In this document: positions 16,091 to 24,241 of the stretch, one piece after another
How the letters are laid out: every line of letters begins with the position of its first letter
Position numbering within the stretch: position 1 is the stretch's first letter
Assembly: GCA_965214185.1 (NCBI GenBank)
Contig: CBDCBF010000002.1
Location: forward strand, 2,796-34,795
From: Dehalococcoidia bacterium
GTDB taxonomy: Bacteria; Chloroflexota; Dehalococcoidia; Lucifugimonadales; UBA1123
DNA: 32,000 nt
Direction: 5' to 3'
Made by a program: the position numbers and the translations under genes
Notes under the pieces: model-generated
Seen by the model: only the letters and a program-made list of their open reading frames with translations
What the model was told of the DNA's origin: nothing
Database searches by the model: none

Positions 16091-17008
16091 TCACACCCTT
16101 CCGACCAGCGACTTCAGCAACTCCCGCGTCCGCGAAACAGACCCTTCCCCCGCAGGGAATACGGACGCCAGAAAGTCCGTCGCCCCCGCCTCCGAAAGCG
16201 CCCTCAGCTGAGCCTCCACCTCTGCCTCGTTCCCCACTATCGCCACCTCCGCCGGACTCTCCACCCCCTCTATATCCAGCATACGCCGGTAGCTAGGAAG
16301 GTCGCCGTAGCGCCCAAAGAACCCGGTCGCGGCCTCGAACCCCGCCTGTCGGTCGTCCGTAACGCATATCGGCAGACCGACACACACCCTCGGAGCCGCC
16401 CTGCCCGCGTCCTCTGCGGCCGCCGCGATCCTCGGAACGACGTGTTCTTCAAGCGTCTTAGGCCCTGCCATCCACGTTATCGTCCCGTCCGCCTTCTCTC
16501 CCGCTATTCTCAGCATACGCGGCGCAAGCGCGGCGACGCACACCGTAGGCGGAGTTTCCGCCATGCGCTGGATCTCCCCGGACACGCTGAAGCGCCGCCC
16601 CTGAAAGTCCACCCCTCCGGTACGCATCAGCGAGTTCAGTATCGTCAGATACTCCTCCATGTGCTGAGCCGGGGCTTTGAACGACAACCCCCAGCGCCCC
16701 TCCACGACCGGCCTATGCGACACCCCTATGCCGAGCAGAAGCCGTCCGCCCGTCGCCGCCTGCGTCGTCAGCGCCTGCTGCGCCAGCGCCGTCGGATGGC
16801 GTGGATACGTCGGCACGACCGCCGTCCCTAGTTCGATGCTCTGCGTCTTATCCCCCGCCAGCGCGAGCATCGTCAGCGCGTCAACTCCCGCCACCTGCGC
16901 GCTCCAGAGTCCCTCGAAACCATCCGCCTCAGCCTCCGCCGCCTGCCGAACCTGACCCTGTACCGTGTCCGCCGCCCCCATCGTCCCGATAAAAAGCCCT
17001 ATTCTCAA
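16091..17008 (-). CDS. LLM-class (luciferase-like) F420/flavin-dependent oxidoreductase
   Basis: A 305-aa ORF reading MRIGLFIG...GFEGLWSAQV...IELGTAVVPTYPRHPTALAQQALT...LLLGIGVSH, typical of luciferase-like TIM-barrel oxidoreductases. Confidence 0.85.
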   Translation of the reverse strand: MRIGLFIGTMGAADTVQGQVRQAAEAEADGFEGLWSAQVAGVDALTMLALAGDKTQSIELGTAVVPTYPRHPTALAQQALTTQAATGGRLLLGIGVSHRPVVEGRWGLSFKAPAQHMEEYLTILNSLMRTGGVDFQGRRFSVSGEIQRMAETPPTVCVAALAPRMLRIAGEKADGTITWMAGPKTLEEHVVPRIAAAAEDAGRAAPRVCVGLPICVTDDRQAGFEAATGFFGRYGDLPSYRRMLDIEGVESPAEVAIVGNEAEVEAQLRALSEAGATDFLASVFPAGEGSVSRTRELLKSLVGRV

Positions 17009-17010
17009 TT

Positions 17011-17433
17011 TCAGCCTCCCGCCTGTTCCTGTTCAGCCACCCATTGCCGAGCGGCGGCGCGCGCCGCGTGACGGTTCGGCGCGTTCATCCCACGCCTTCT
17101 CAGATCAACCGTGGACTCCACGCTATGCCCCGCCGACGGACGCCCCTTCACCAGATTATCCCTGAATCCGTCGAGGTCCTTGGCGAACGCGGCGCGCCAC
17201 CCGCGCGTCCGATCGAACGCCGGAGACGTCTCCAGAACCCCGACCTCATTGAAGCGATCCATGAACTGCGTATCCGCCGCCGACTCGCCCTCCCATATGA
17301 AGACCCGCCTATCGCTGCCCAGATTGTACGCCCCTATCAGATTCACGCTAGGAGGCGGACCGCCCTGCCAGATAGTAGCCCAAAGCTCAGGGTCGCGTGT
17401 CCTATCCGATGTCAGTATAGATACAAACAGCAT
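17011..17433 (-). CDS. hypothetical protein (N-terminal ~85 aa DUF3303-like, by recollection only)
   Basis: A 140-aa ORF packed between acpS (1-nt gap) and the LLM gene (2-nt gap). Its composition is protein-like and I recognise no catalytic motif. Confidence 0.55.
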   Translation of the reverse strand: MLFVSILTSDRTRDPELWATIWQGGPPPSVNLIGAYNLGSDRRVFIWEGESAADTQFMDRFNEVGVLETSPAFDRTRGWRAAFAKDLDGFRDNLVKGRPSAGHSVESTVDLRRRGMNAPNRHAARAAARQWVAEQEQAGG

Positions 17434-17434
17434 A

Positions 17435-17824
17435 TCAGCTCCTTGACAGAATATTCCCTTTTTCGCTCTCGCCGACCACCGACGCCACCGCGAAATCCTT
17501 TGAATGACTCAGAGACAGCGCTATATCGGACAATCCAATCCTCTCCGCCCGCGCCCGCGCGCTCCCATGAAGCTCAATCCGCGGAGCCTGTCCCCTTCCC
17601 CTCACCACCTCAATATCGCGCCAGCGAACGCCCCGAACCCCGGTCCCCAGCGCCTTCATCGTAGCCTCCTTCGCGGCGAAGCGGCTCGCCAGCTGCGGCG
17701 CCCGGCCGCGACAGTAAGCCGCCTCCCGCTCGGTATAGACGCGGCGCAGGAAACGCGCCCCGTACCTCTCGTAAACGCGTTCCACTCTCGCTATCTCAAT
17801 AATGTCAACGCCTGCTATCAACAT
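17435..17824 (-). CDS. acpS: holo-[acyl-carrier-protein] synthase (4'-phosphopantetheinyl transferase)
   Basis: From ATG 17824 the ORF reads MLIAGVDIIEIARVERV...FAAKEATMKALGTG...IALSLSHSKDFAVASVV. A GGGG-rich Shine-Dalgarno sequence lies directly upstream. The 33-codon extension in the track ORF is not supported. Confidence 0.85.
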   Translation of the reverse strand: MLIAGVDIIEIARVERVYERYGARFLRRVYTEREAAYCRGRAPQLASRFAAKEATMKALGTGVRGVRWRDIEVVRGRGQAPRIELHGSARARAERIGLSDIALSLSHSKDFAVASVVGESEKGNILSRS

Positions 17825-17858
17825 TCCCCTGCCCCGATATATGAAAGTTGCGCCGCCT

Positions 17859-17864
17859 ATTATA
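17859..17864 (-). promoter_or_regulatory. candidate -10 box (TATAAT on the minus strand) for acpS
   Basis: The minus strand reads cgtgtaTATAATaggcgg, about 35 nt upstream of the acpS ATG. It lies in an AT-rich island shared with the folD promoter. No convincing -35 element is present. Confidence 0.35.
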
Positions 17865-17879
17865 TACACGATGGCCGTG

Positions 17880-17885
17880 TATAAT
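17880..17885 (+). promoter_or_regulatory. candidate -10 box (TATAAT) for folD
   Basis: ccgtgTATAATaacc lies 62 nt upstream of the folD ATG. It sits back-to-back with the acpS -10 box, 15 bp away. Confidence 0.4.
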
Positions 17886-17947
17886 AACCTGTAACTGAAG
17901 ACAAGCCGCGCGCTCAAACTCACAATTCACGCGCAGGGGTTCAGAGA

Positions 17948-18856
17948 ATGTCCGCCACAATAATGCGGGGCGCCGATATGGCCCAGGAAATCCGGACTGA
18001 GGTCGCCGAGGGCGTGGCCGAAATGCGCGCCAAACACGGCATCGCGCCCGGCCTTGCCGTCCTCCTTATCGGCGACGACCCCGCGTCCGCGGTGTACGTC
18101 AGAAACAAAGAACGCGCCGCCGCCGAGGCCGGAATGGTGTCCGAAGTCGTCAGAATGCCCACTGCCTCCGAGAACGACGTCCTAAGCGTCGTGCGCCGCC
18201 TAAACTCCGACGCCCGAATTCACGGAATACTCGTCCAACTGCCCCTGCCCGACCACATATCCGAAAACAAGATCATAGAGTCGCTCAACCCCGACAAAGA
18301 CGTGGACGGACTTCACCCCTTCAACATGGGCCTGCTAATGGCCGGAAGGCCGCGCTTCATTCCGGCCACACCGGCCGGAATCCGGCAGATGCTCCTACGC
18401 TCCGGCTTCGACCCCTCCGGCAAAAACGTCGTCGTCCTAGGACGCTCCAACATCGTCGGAAAGCCTGTCGCCAACCTGCTCATGCAGCGGGCGGAAGGCG
18501 CGAACGCCACCATAACCGTCTGTCACACCCGGACGCGCGACCTCAAACGCATAACCCGCCAGGCGGACATCATCATCGCCGCCATAGGACAACCCCGCTA
18601 CCTCACCGCCGACATGGTCAAAGAAGGCGCGGTCGTCATAGACGTCGGCATCAACAGGATAGACGCTCCCGAACGCAGACGAGGCTACCGGCTGGTTGGC
18701 GACGCCGACTACCGCGCCGTAAGGCAAAAAGCGGCCGCTATAACCCCCGTTCCCGGCGGCGTCGGACCCCTGACAATCGCCATGCTGCTGTCCAACACCC
18801 TGAAAGCCGCGCGCCTACGCATACACCCCTCCCTGCGGAACCGCAACCGGAGCTGA
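17948..18856 (+). CDS. folD: bifunctional 5,10-methylenetetrahydrofolate dehydrogenase / methenyltetrahydrofolate cyclohydrolase
   Basis: A 302-aa ORF with GLAVLLIGDDPASAVYVRNKERAAAEAGM, VVVLGRSNIVGKPVANLL and PVPGGVGPLTIAMLL. Confidence 0.95.
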   Translation: MSATIMRGADMAQEIRTEVAEGVAEMRAKHGIAPGLAVLLIGDDPASAVYVRNKERAAAEAGMVSEVVRMPTASENDVLSVVRRLNSDARIHGILVQLPLPDHISENKIIESLNPDKDVDGLHPFNMGLLMAGRPRFIPATPAGIRQMLLRSGFDPSGKNVVVLGRSNIVGKPVANLLMQRAEGANATITVCHTRTRDLKRITRQADIIIAAIGQPRYLTADMVKEGAVVIDVGINRIDAPERRRGYRLVGDADYRAVRQKAAAITPVPGGVGPLTIAMLLSNTLKAARLRIHPSLRNRNRS

Positions 18857-18900
18857 ACCTCGCGCCATAAGACGATTCACACTCTCCATGAGGCAGACCC

Positions 18901-19617
18901 ATGAGCATGAGTCCAATTGACAGCCGGGCGATAGCGCCGTTCATCGTCCGCCCAATGGAAGAACGCGACCTGAACCAGACCGCCGAGGTCGAAAAAGACG
19001 CATTCCCCACACTGTTCCCATACACTCCGTTCCGACGTGAATTGAACAACAAGATAGCGCGCTATCTCGTCGTATCCCGCTGCGACCCGCCCGAATCCCC
19101 CGACCTTTCCCTACCCCCTCTGCCTTACCCCGCCGCCCCAAACGGACGCCCCCTGATCAATCGGATGGTCAGCAGCGCGCGCCGCCGCATCTGGAAACAA
19201 CGCAACCCTTCCTGGCGACCGGGAGACGAATTCATCGCCGGATTCGTCGGCGTCTGGCACGTGGTTGGCGAGGCGCACATCGTCTCCATCGGCGTAAGAA
19301 CCGAATACCGAGGACTAGGTCTGGGAGAGCTCCTCCTGCTCTCCGCCATCGAACAGGCGATAGAAAATAAGTTCCGACACGTAACCCTCGAAGTCCGCGT
19401 ATCCAACCACATAGCCCAGAACTTGTACAAAAAATATGGCTTCACCGAACGCGGCCTCCGAAAAGGCTACTACACCGACAACCGCGAAGACGCCCTAATT
19501 ATGACCACGCCCCTCATACTCACCGAGTCTTATAAAACCATTCTCAGCGATCTGTCCGACGCGTACGAAATCCGACGCAACTCGCCGGAACGCCATCCTG
19601 TCCCCCACCTCCACTAA
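18901..19617 (+). CDS. rimI: GNAT family N-acetyltransferase, RimI-like, with a ~50-aa Pro-rich insertion and a C-terminal extension
   Basis: The GNAT core reads IVSIGVRTEYRGLGLGELLLLSAIEQA...VTLEVRVSNHIAQNLYKKYGFTERGLRKGYYTDNREDALIM. The insertion reads CDPPESPDLSLPPLPYPAAPNGRPLINRMVSSARRRIWKQRNPSWRPGDE. Confidence 0.75.
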   Translation: MSMSPIDSRAIAPFIVRPMEERDLNQTAEVEKDAFPTLFPYTPFRRELNNKIARYLVVSRCDPPESPDLSLPPLPYPAAPNGRPLINRMVSSARRRIWKQRNPSWRPGDEFIAGFVGVWHVVGEAHIVSIGVRTEYRGLGLGELLLLSAIEQAIENKFRHVTLEVRVSNHIAQNLYKKYGFTERGLRKGYYTDNREDALIMTTPLILTESYKTILSDLSDAYEIRRNSPERHPVPHLH

Positions 19618-19759
19618 AAGACGCCCCGACTCTTCTCAGAAATCGGCGGCGCGCGGATACAAGCCTCCAAGTCCTCAGAGAGATGATTGAAGCGAGGATG
19701 AATTCCCTTCAGCCGTTCGACCGCCGCGCTCGGAGCCCAGAACGCAATAAACGCGATAT

Positions 19760-20956
19760 ATGACTCACAAACTGCCCAGCCTCGACTACGCTCACATCGT
19801 GCTTGCCACCGGGTTCGCCATGCTGTTCTTCAGTACCGGAACCCGCTTCGCGTTCGGACTCGCCCTCCTTCCCATGACCGAAGACTTGGGCCTAAGCCGC
19901 TCCGCCCTATCTTCCGCGCTCACCCTCTTCATGCTGGTGTCCGCCCTAGCCATGCCCATAGTCGGACGGCTCATAGACCGCCACAGCATACGCCTTGTCA
20001 TGTCCGTGGGCGCCGTCACAAGCGCGCTGGCTATCGCTCTCATGGGCAGCGTCCAAGACGGATGGCAGATATTCCCCCTCTACGGCATACTCTACGCCAT
20101 TGGCTTCGCCGCCACCTCCGTCGCCCCTGTCAGCGTACTGATGAGCAGATGGTTCCCCCAAAATCGAGGTCTCGCCTCCGGCGTAGCCATTACCGGCAAC
20201 GGCGCCGGACAGCTTGTCATCATCGCGCTCCTCACCTCGTTTCTGTCCTCCATTGGATGGCGAACAGCATACACCGCGCTCGGCATAGTCAACGCCCTTG
20301 TAGTCGTCCCGCTCGTTCTATTCGCCATTCGGTCAAACCCCGGAAACCGGAATGCGCCGGACACGACCGCCCCGCCTCCGGCCCCTTCAATCCGTTCAGC
20401 GCTAGTGTCCAGAGACTTCTGGATGCTAATAACCCTATTCGCCGTATGCGGCGCTCAGGACTTCTTCGTCGCCACCCATATCGTCGCCTTCGCGCAGGAC
20501 CGGGGAGCCAGCCAACTCTTCGCCGGAAACATCCTCGCCTTCATGGGCTTGGCCGCGCTCGCCGGAGTTCTCCTGTCCGGCGCCCTCGCGGACAGATTGG
20601 GAGCGTCCGCGCCGACCATGCTGTGCTTCATTCTCAGAATCGCGCTATTCGCCTTCATCCCCTTTGTGCAGACCCCGCTCAGCATCGCGGCGTTCGCCCT
20701 GATATACGGCTTCACATTCACCATGACCGCGCCCCTCGCCGTCGTGTTCGCGGGCAACATCTTCGGAACCGCGCGACTCGGAAGCGTCAGCGGACTCATC
20801 AACATGGCCCACCAGATAGCCGGAGGACTTGGCGCGGTCGTAGGCGCGCTCATATTCGACGCCACCGGCAGCTACGACGGCGCCTTCCTACTCATGCTCG
20901 CCCTATCCCTGATAGCCGCCCTCTCAACCCATCTGGTGAGAGAACGCCCCCAATAA
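19760..20956 (+). CDS. MFS transporter
   Basis: A 398-aa ORF with about 12 predicted TM helices and an MFS loop motif (PIVGRLIDRHSIR). Confidence 0.85.
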   Translation: MTHKLPSLDYAHIVLATGFAMLFFSTGTRFAFGLALLPMTEDLGLSRSALSSALTLFMLVSALAMPIVGRLIDRHSIRLVMSVGAVTSALAIALMGSVQDGWQIFPLYGILYAIGFAATSVAPVSVLMSRWFPQNRGLASGVAITGNGAGQLVIIALLTSFLSSIGWRTAYTALGIVNALVVVPLVLFAIRSNPGNRNAPDTTAPPPAPSIRSALVSRDFWMLITLFAVCGAQDFFVATHIVAFAQDRGASQLFAGNILAFMGLAALAGVLLSGALADRLGASAPTMLCFILRIALFAFIPFVQTPLSIAAFALIYGFTFTMTAPLAVVFAGNIFGTARLGSVSGLINMAHQIAGGLGAVVGALIFDATGSYDGAFLLMLALSLIAALSTHLVRERPQ

Positions 20957-21036
20957 GATTTCGTGACCGTCCCAACCCCCGCCGGTCGGACGACTCTGCA
21001 ACTTCAGCGCTTCAACCAACCTGCGCATCTCTTCTG

Positions 21037-21900
21037 CTATGCGCATAGAGAGTCATTCTGAGAGACCTCGAAAAAAGGAGACCTCAGACCAAAGTCCTCG
21101 ACTCTCATGCCCATCTGTTCAAGTTGCCGACGTATCCGACGAAACCGCATCAGCGGAAAATCGCTTCCCGGCAGAATTTTCTCCACCCCAACCAGCGACG
21201 CCGCCAACGAGAACACCTCCGGCGAATACAGAAAAGGCGAAGCCGCGCTATCGAACCACACATTGTCCAACGCGTCCCGCACCTCCGGCATCAGCGCGTA
21301 GAACGGCAGACCGCCGCCCCAATGGGCGCACACTATCTTGACATTCGGATACGCCCGCGCGTTCTCCAGAAAACGCATCACCACCCCCGGCGTCGTCCGG
21401 CCCTTACCTTGATATAGATGACCGACAGGCTCAGAAGTATGCGCGCTAATAACAAGCCCGTACTCATCCGCCGCTTCCAGCAGTGGCCGCGTCGCGTCCG
21501 CGTCCCCAATGTCGAAACCCTGAGTGTCGGCGTGAATCTCGCCAACGCCGACCAGCCCCGCCTTCGCGCAACGCTCAATCTCTCGCGCCGCGCCGTCTCC
21601 CCAGACCGGATTCACCGAGCACAACCCGACTATCCGCTCCGGGTATGCCCGCGCCGACTCAACTATATAGTCGTTCACCTCGCGCGCTAGGCCCGGGTCC
21701 GTCCAGCCGACCCCCATGCACACCGAGCGGTCAACGCCGTCCTCATCCATCGCCCGGATAATATCCTCCGCGCTCGCCATCCTGGCCTTTGGGTCGGCAT
21801 ACAACTCCGCGAAAGTCACATCCCGCTCAACCCACCTCTCCCGCTCTCTCCGAAGCCAATCCGGGAATATATGCGTATGAAAATCCGTAACCGGCCCCAT
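21037..21900 (-). CDS. metal-dependent amidohydrolase-fold hydrolase (amidohydrolase_2 / ACMSD-like TIM barrel)
   Basis: A 287-aa ORF with an N-terminal DFHTHIFPDW. Later motifs are ISAHT, VCAHWGGG and GSDFP. Confidence 0.8.
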   Translation of the reverse strand: MGPVTDFHTHIFPDWLRRERERWVERDVTFAELYADPKARMASAEDIIRAMDEDGVDRSVCMGVGWTDPGLAREVNDYIVESARAYPERIVGLCSVNPVWGDGAAREIERCAKAGLVGVGEIHADTQGFDIGDADATRPLLEAADEYGLVISAHTSEPVGHLYQGKGRTTPGVVMRFLENARAYPNVKIVCAHWGGGLPFYALMPEVRDALDNVWFDSAASPFLYSPEVFSLAASLVGVEKILPGSDFPLMRFRRIRRQLEQMGMRVEDFGLRSPFFEVSQNDSLCA

Positions 21901-21903
21901 CGC

Positions 21904-22692
21904 CTACTGCGCCGTCATGCCCCCGTCAATCACAAGCTCCGAACCCGTCATATAGGACGAGTCATCAGACGCCAGGAACAATATCCCCCGCGCTATCTCC
22001 TCCGGCTCTCCTATCCGACCCATCGGTATGCGGCTCAGGACATACTGCCTGCGCTCCGCGTCTGCCGCCCCGAAGCTGCCCATAGTCATAGGCGTCGCCA
22101 TGAAGCCGGGATGCACCGAATTAACCCGGATATTGTCCGGCGCAAGCTGAATGGCCGCGGACTTCGTGAATATCCGTATCGCCCCCTTGGCCGCGTGGTA
22201 TGCGCTCGACGACGGGCTCCCCACTATGCCGTATATGGACGATATGTTGATTATCGAGCCGCCGCCCGCCGCTCGCATCAGCGGTATCGCGTGCCTCGTC
22301 CCCAGAAACACCCCCTTGGCATGAATATCCATCTGCAGATCCCACGCCTCCTCCGTCGTATCCTCCACACGCGAACTTCCGCCTATGCCGGCGTTATTCA
22401 CCAGAATATCCAGTCGCCCTCCGTAAGCCGACGCAGTCGCCTCTATCGCGCTCTCCCAGTCACTCTCGCGAGCGACGTCCAGCTTCACGAACATCACATC
22501 GTACCCTTCCCCCTTAAGCTCCGCCGCCGTCCGCTCACCCGAGTCGGTGTCAATATCCGTCAGAACCACCTTCGCCCCCTCCTCCGCGAACATCCTCGCC
22601 GCCACACCGCCGAACCCCTTCACCTCCCCAGCAACCCCATGCGCCGCGCCAGTGATAAGCGCAACCTTATTCTCCAGCCTCATATCATTCAC
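21904..22692 (-). CDS. short-chain dehydrogenase/reductase (SDR family oxidoreductase)
   Basis: A 262-aa ORF with KVALITGAA, NNAG and the catalytic S...YHAAK. It is separated by 3 nt from the downstream amidohydrolase gene. Confidence 0.9.
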   Translation of the reverse strand: MNDMRLENKVALITGAAHGVAGEVKGFGGVAARMFAEEGAKVVLTDIDTDSGERTAAELKGEGYDVMFVKLDVARESDWESAIEATASAYGGRLDILVNNAGIGGSSRVEDTTEEAWDLQMDIHAKGVFLGTRHAIPLMRAAGGGSIINISSIYGIVGSPSSSAYHAAKGAIRIFTKSAAIQLAPDNIRVNSVHPGFMATPMTMGSFGAADAERRQYVLSRIPMGRIGEPEEIARGILFLASDDSSYMTGSELVIDGGMTAQ

Positions 22693-22774
22693 CTCCTAGC
22701 TTCAAGTGCGAATATATCCGAGTCGAGACAGACCCCGACCGATTATAACAGTTGTTAGACTACGGGTTACGCGC

Positions 22775-22780
22775 TAGAAT
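22775..22780 (+). promoter_or_regulatory. -10 element TAGAAT (context gcGCTAGAAT) 6 nt upstream of an ATG, predicting a leaderless transcript
   Basis: TAGAAT lies at 22775-22780 and the ATG at 22787. This is the same 6-nt geometry as the promoter at 10159-10167. There is no Shine-Dalgarno sequence. Confidence 0.45.
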
Positions 22781-22786
22781 CTCCGC

Positions 22787-23659
22787 ATGGCGATGATAGC
22801 GAAATCGTCGGACCGCCGTTTCACACAGATAATCCGCGCCGCCCGAACGCCCGCGGCCCTCCTCGCCGCGCTCATACTGCTCTCCCTCGCCGCGCGACAT
22901 ATGCTGATACTCGACCGCATGATGATATACTTCCCCCAGCGCGAACTCGCCGCTGACCCCCGCAGCGTCGGCTTGTCTTACCGAGACGCGCGCTTCACCG
23001 CCTCCGACGGTACCCGAATACACGGCTGGCACATCCCCGGCGAATCCAACGTCACCCTGCTCTGGTTACACGGCAACTCAGGAAACATAAGTCACCGCCT
23101 CGACAACATCCTCATCCTCAACCGGCGTCTCGGCGTCGGCATACTAATCATAGATTACAGAGGCTACGGCCTCAGCGAAGGCAAGCCCTCTGAGAAGGGG
23201 ATTTACATGGACGCCCAAGCCGCTTTGGAGTACATGACCTCCGAGCTCGGACTAGACCCTGAGCGCGACATAGTCCTGTTCGGACGCTCGCTCGGCGCTG
23301 GCGTCGCGGTCGAGATGGCCACTCGGCACAGCCTAAGAGGCGTCATACTCGAATCCGGCTTCACCTCCGTCAGGGACATGGCCAACTCCTCCGGCTCTCC
23401 CCTGCCCATTTCAATCGCGCTAACGCTCCTCGAGGCTAGGTACGATTCCCTGTCCAAGATAGGCCGCGTGAACTCGCCGGTTATGATCCTGCACGGCGAC
23501 CGCGACGACACCGTCCCCTTCTGGATGGCAGAAAAACTCTTCGGCGCGGCCAAAGACCCCAAGACCCTCTACCCCATACGCGGCGCGTCCCACAACAACA
23601 CCTACCACATCGGCGGCGCCTCCTACTTCGACGCCATCAAGAAATTTATTTCACCCTAG
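22787..23659 (+). CDS. alpha/beta hydrolase (ABHD12/13-like serine hydrolase), N-terminally membrane-anchored
   Basis: A 290-aa ORF with a TM helix (AALLAALILLSLAA) and the nucleophile elbow GRSLG. It also carries HGDRDDTVP and GASHNN. Confidence 0.85.
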   Translation: MAMIAKSSDRRFTQIIRAARTPAALLAALILLSLAARHMLILDRMMIYFPQRELAADPRSVGLSYRDARFTASDGTRIHGWHIPGESNVTLLWLHGNSGNISHRLDNILILNRRLGVGILIIDYRGYGLSEGKPSEKGIYMDAQAALEYMTSELGLDPERDIVLFGRSLGAGVAVEMATRHSLRGVILESGFTSVRDMANSSGSPLPISIALTLLEARYDSLSKIGRVNSPVMILHGDRDDTVPFWMAEKLFGAAKDPKTLYPIRGASHNNTYHIGGASYFDAIKKFISP

Positions 23660-23842
23660 CGACCATCTACCCATACCCGCGCAGTCGGTCGGACTGAAAC
23701 AACCCCGTCTCCCAAGCCTCGCAAAGCGTTGACTGCGCGCATTGGCAAACCCCCTCATCCACAGCCTGCGCTATAACTAAACGCGCTCGTCACCTTCCCA
23801 ACTCTCCGCCCCGAATTCACTATTCCCCCATCACCCCGTCTG

Positions 23843-23851
23843 TGCTACAAT
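23843..23851 (+). promoter_or_regulatory. orphan extended -10 promoter-like element TGcTACAAT
   Basis: cTGTGCTACAAT differs at only one position in its 11-nt core from the GT-C gene promoter gTGTGCTATAAT. The next credible start codon is 390 nt downstream. Confidence 0.35.
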
Positions 23852-24241
23852 GCGAACATCGTATCTAACGCTTGGCCACAATCAACTGCCGTCTAACATA
23901 TACGCATAAACCGGAGATTATATTATAAAAGCTCAGAGACAGAAAAATTTTTACCCTGGCGCTACAGGCAGTTGCAGGTGAAGTACAGGAGGCTTTTTCA
24001 CCTGACCCGTTCGCCAGTTCTCACCTGGCCCTCTATAAATCAAACTATATGAATAAGCCATCCGTCCCAGCCATTCATAACCCACGCTGGAATAGAAACG
24101 AGCGCGAGACCCCGAACTGAACATGATCGACTCAATTTGACGATACGCCAACAATCCAAGACACTGGAAAGGACATGACATTCGCCCCTTGACCATACGG
24201 GAGCCATATCACAATCAGGCTGGAAGTGGGAGGAGAAACCG

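Noticed and set aside
15109-16296. 395-aa plus-strand ORF antisense to the enolase-superfamily and LLM genes
   Set aside because: Its Arg/Pro/Leu/His-rich low-complexity translation is typical of the off-strand of high-GC genes, and the opposite strand carries clear catalytic motifs. The same reasoning rejects the ORFs at 13087..14307, 20062..21048, 21871..22758, 8814..9611, 6585..7352, 29088..29807, 16031..16831 and 17044..17664.
19740-19762. Possible leaderless promoter for the MFS gene (gcAATAAAcgcgatatATG)
   Set aside because: The hexamer is a poor match to TATAAT or to GCTAnAAT, and the spacing (8 nt) differs from the two good cases.
21022-21045. 7-bp hairpin TGCGCAT-10 nt-ATGCGCA between the convergent MFS and amidohydrolase genes
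   Set aside because: It overlaps the last codons of the amidohydrolase ORF and has no U-tract on either strand, so it is not convincing as an intrinsic terminator.
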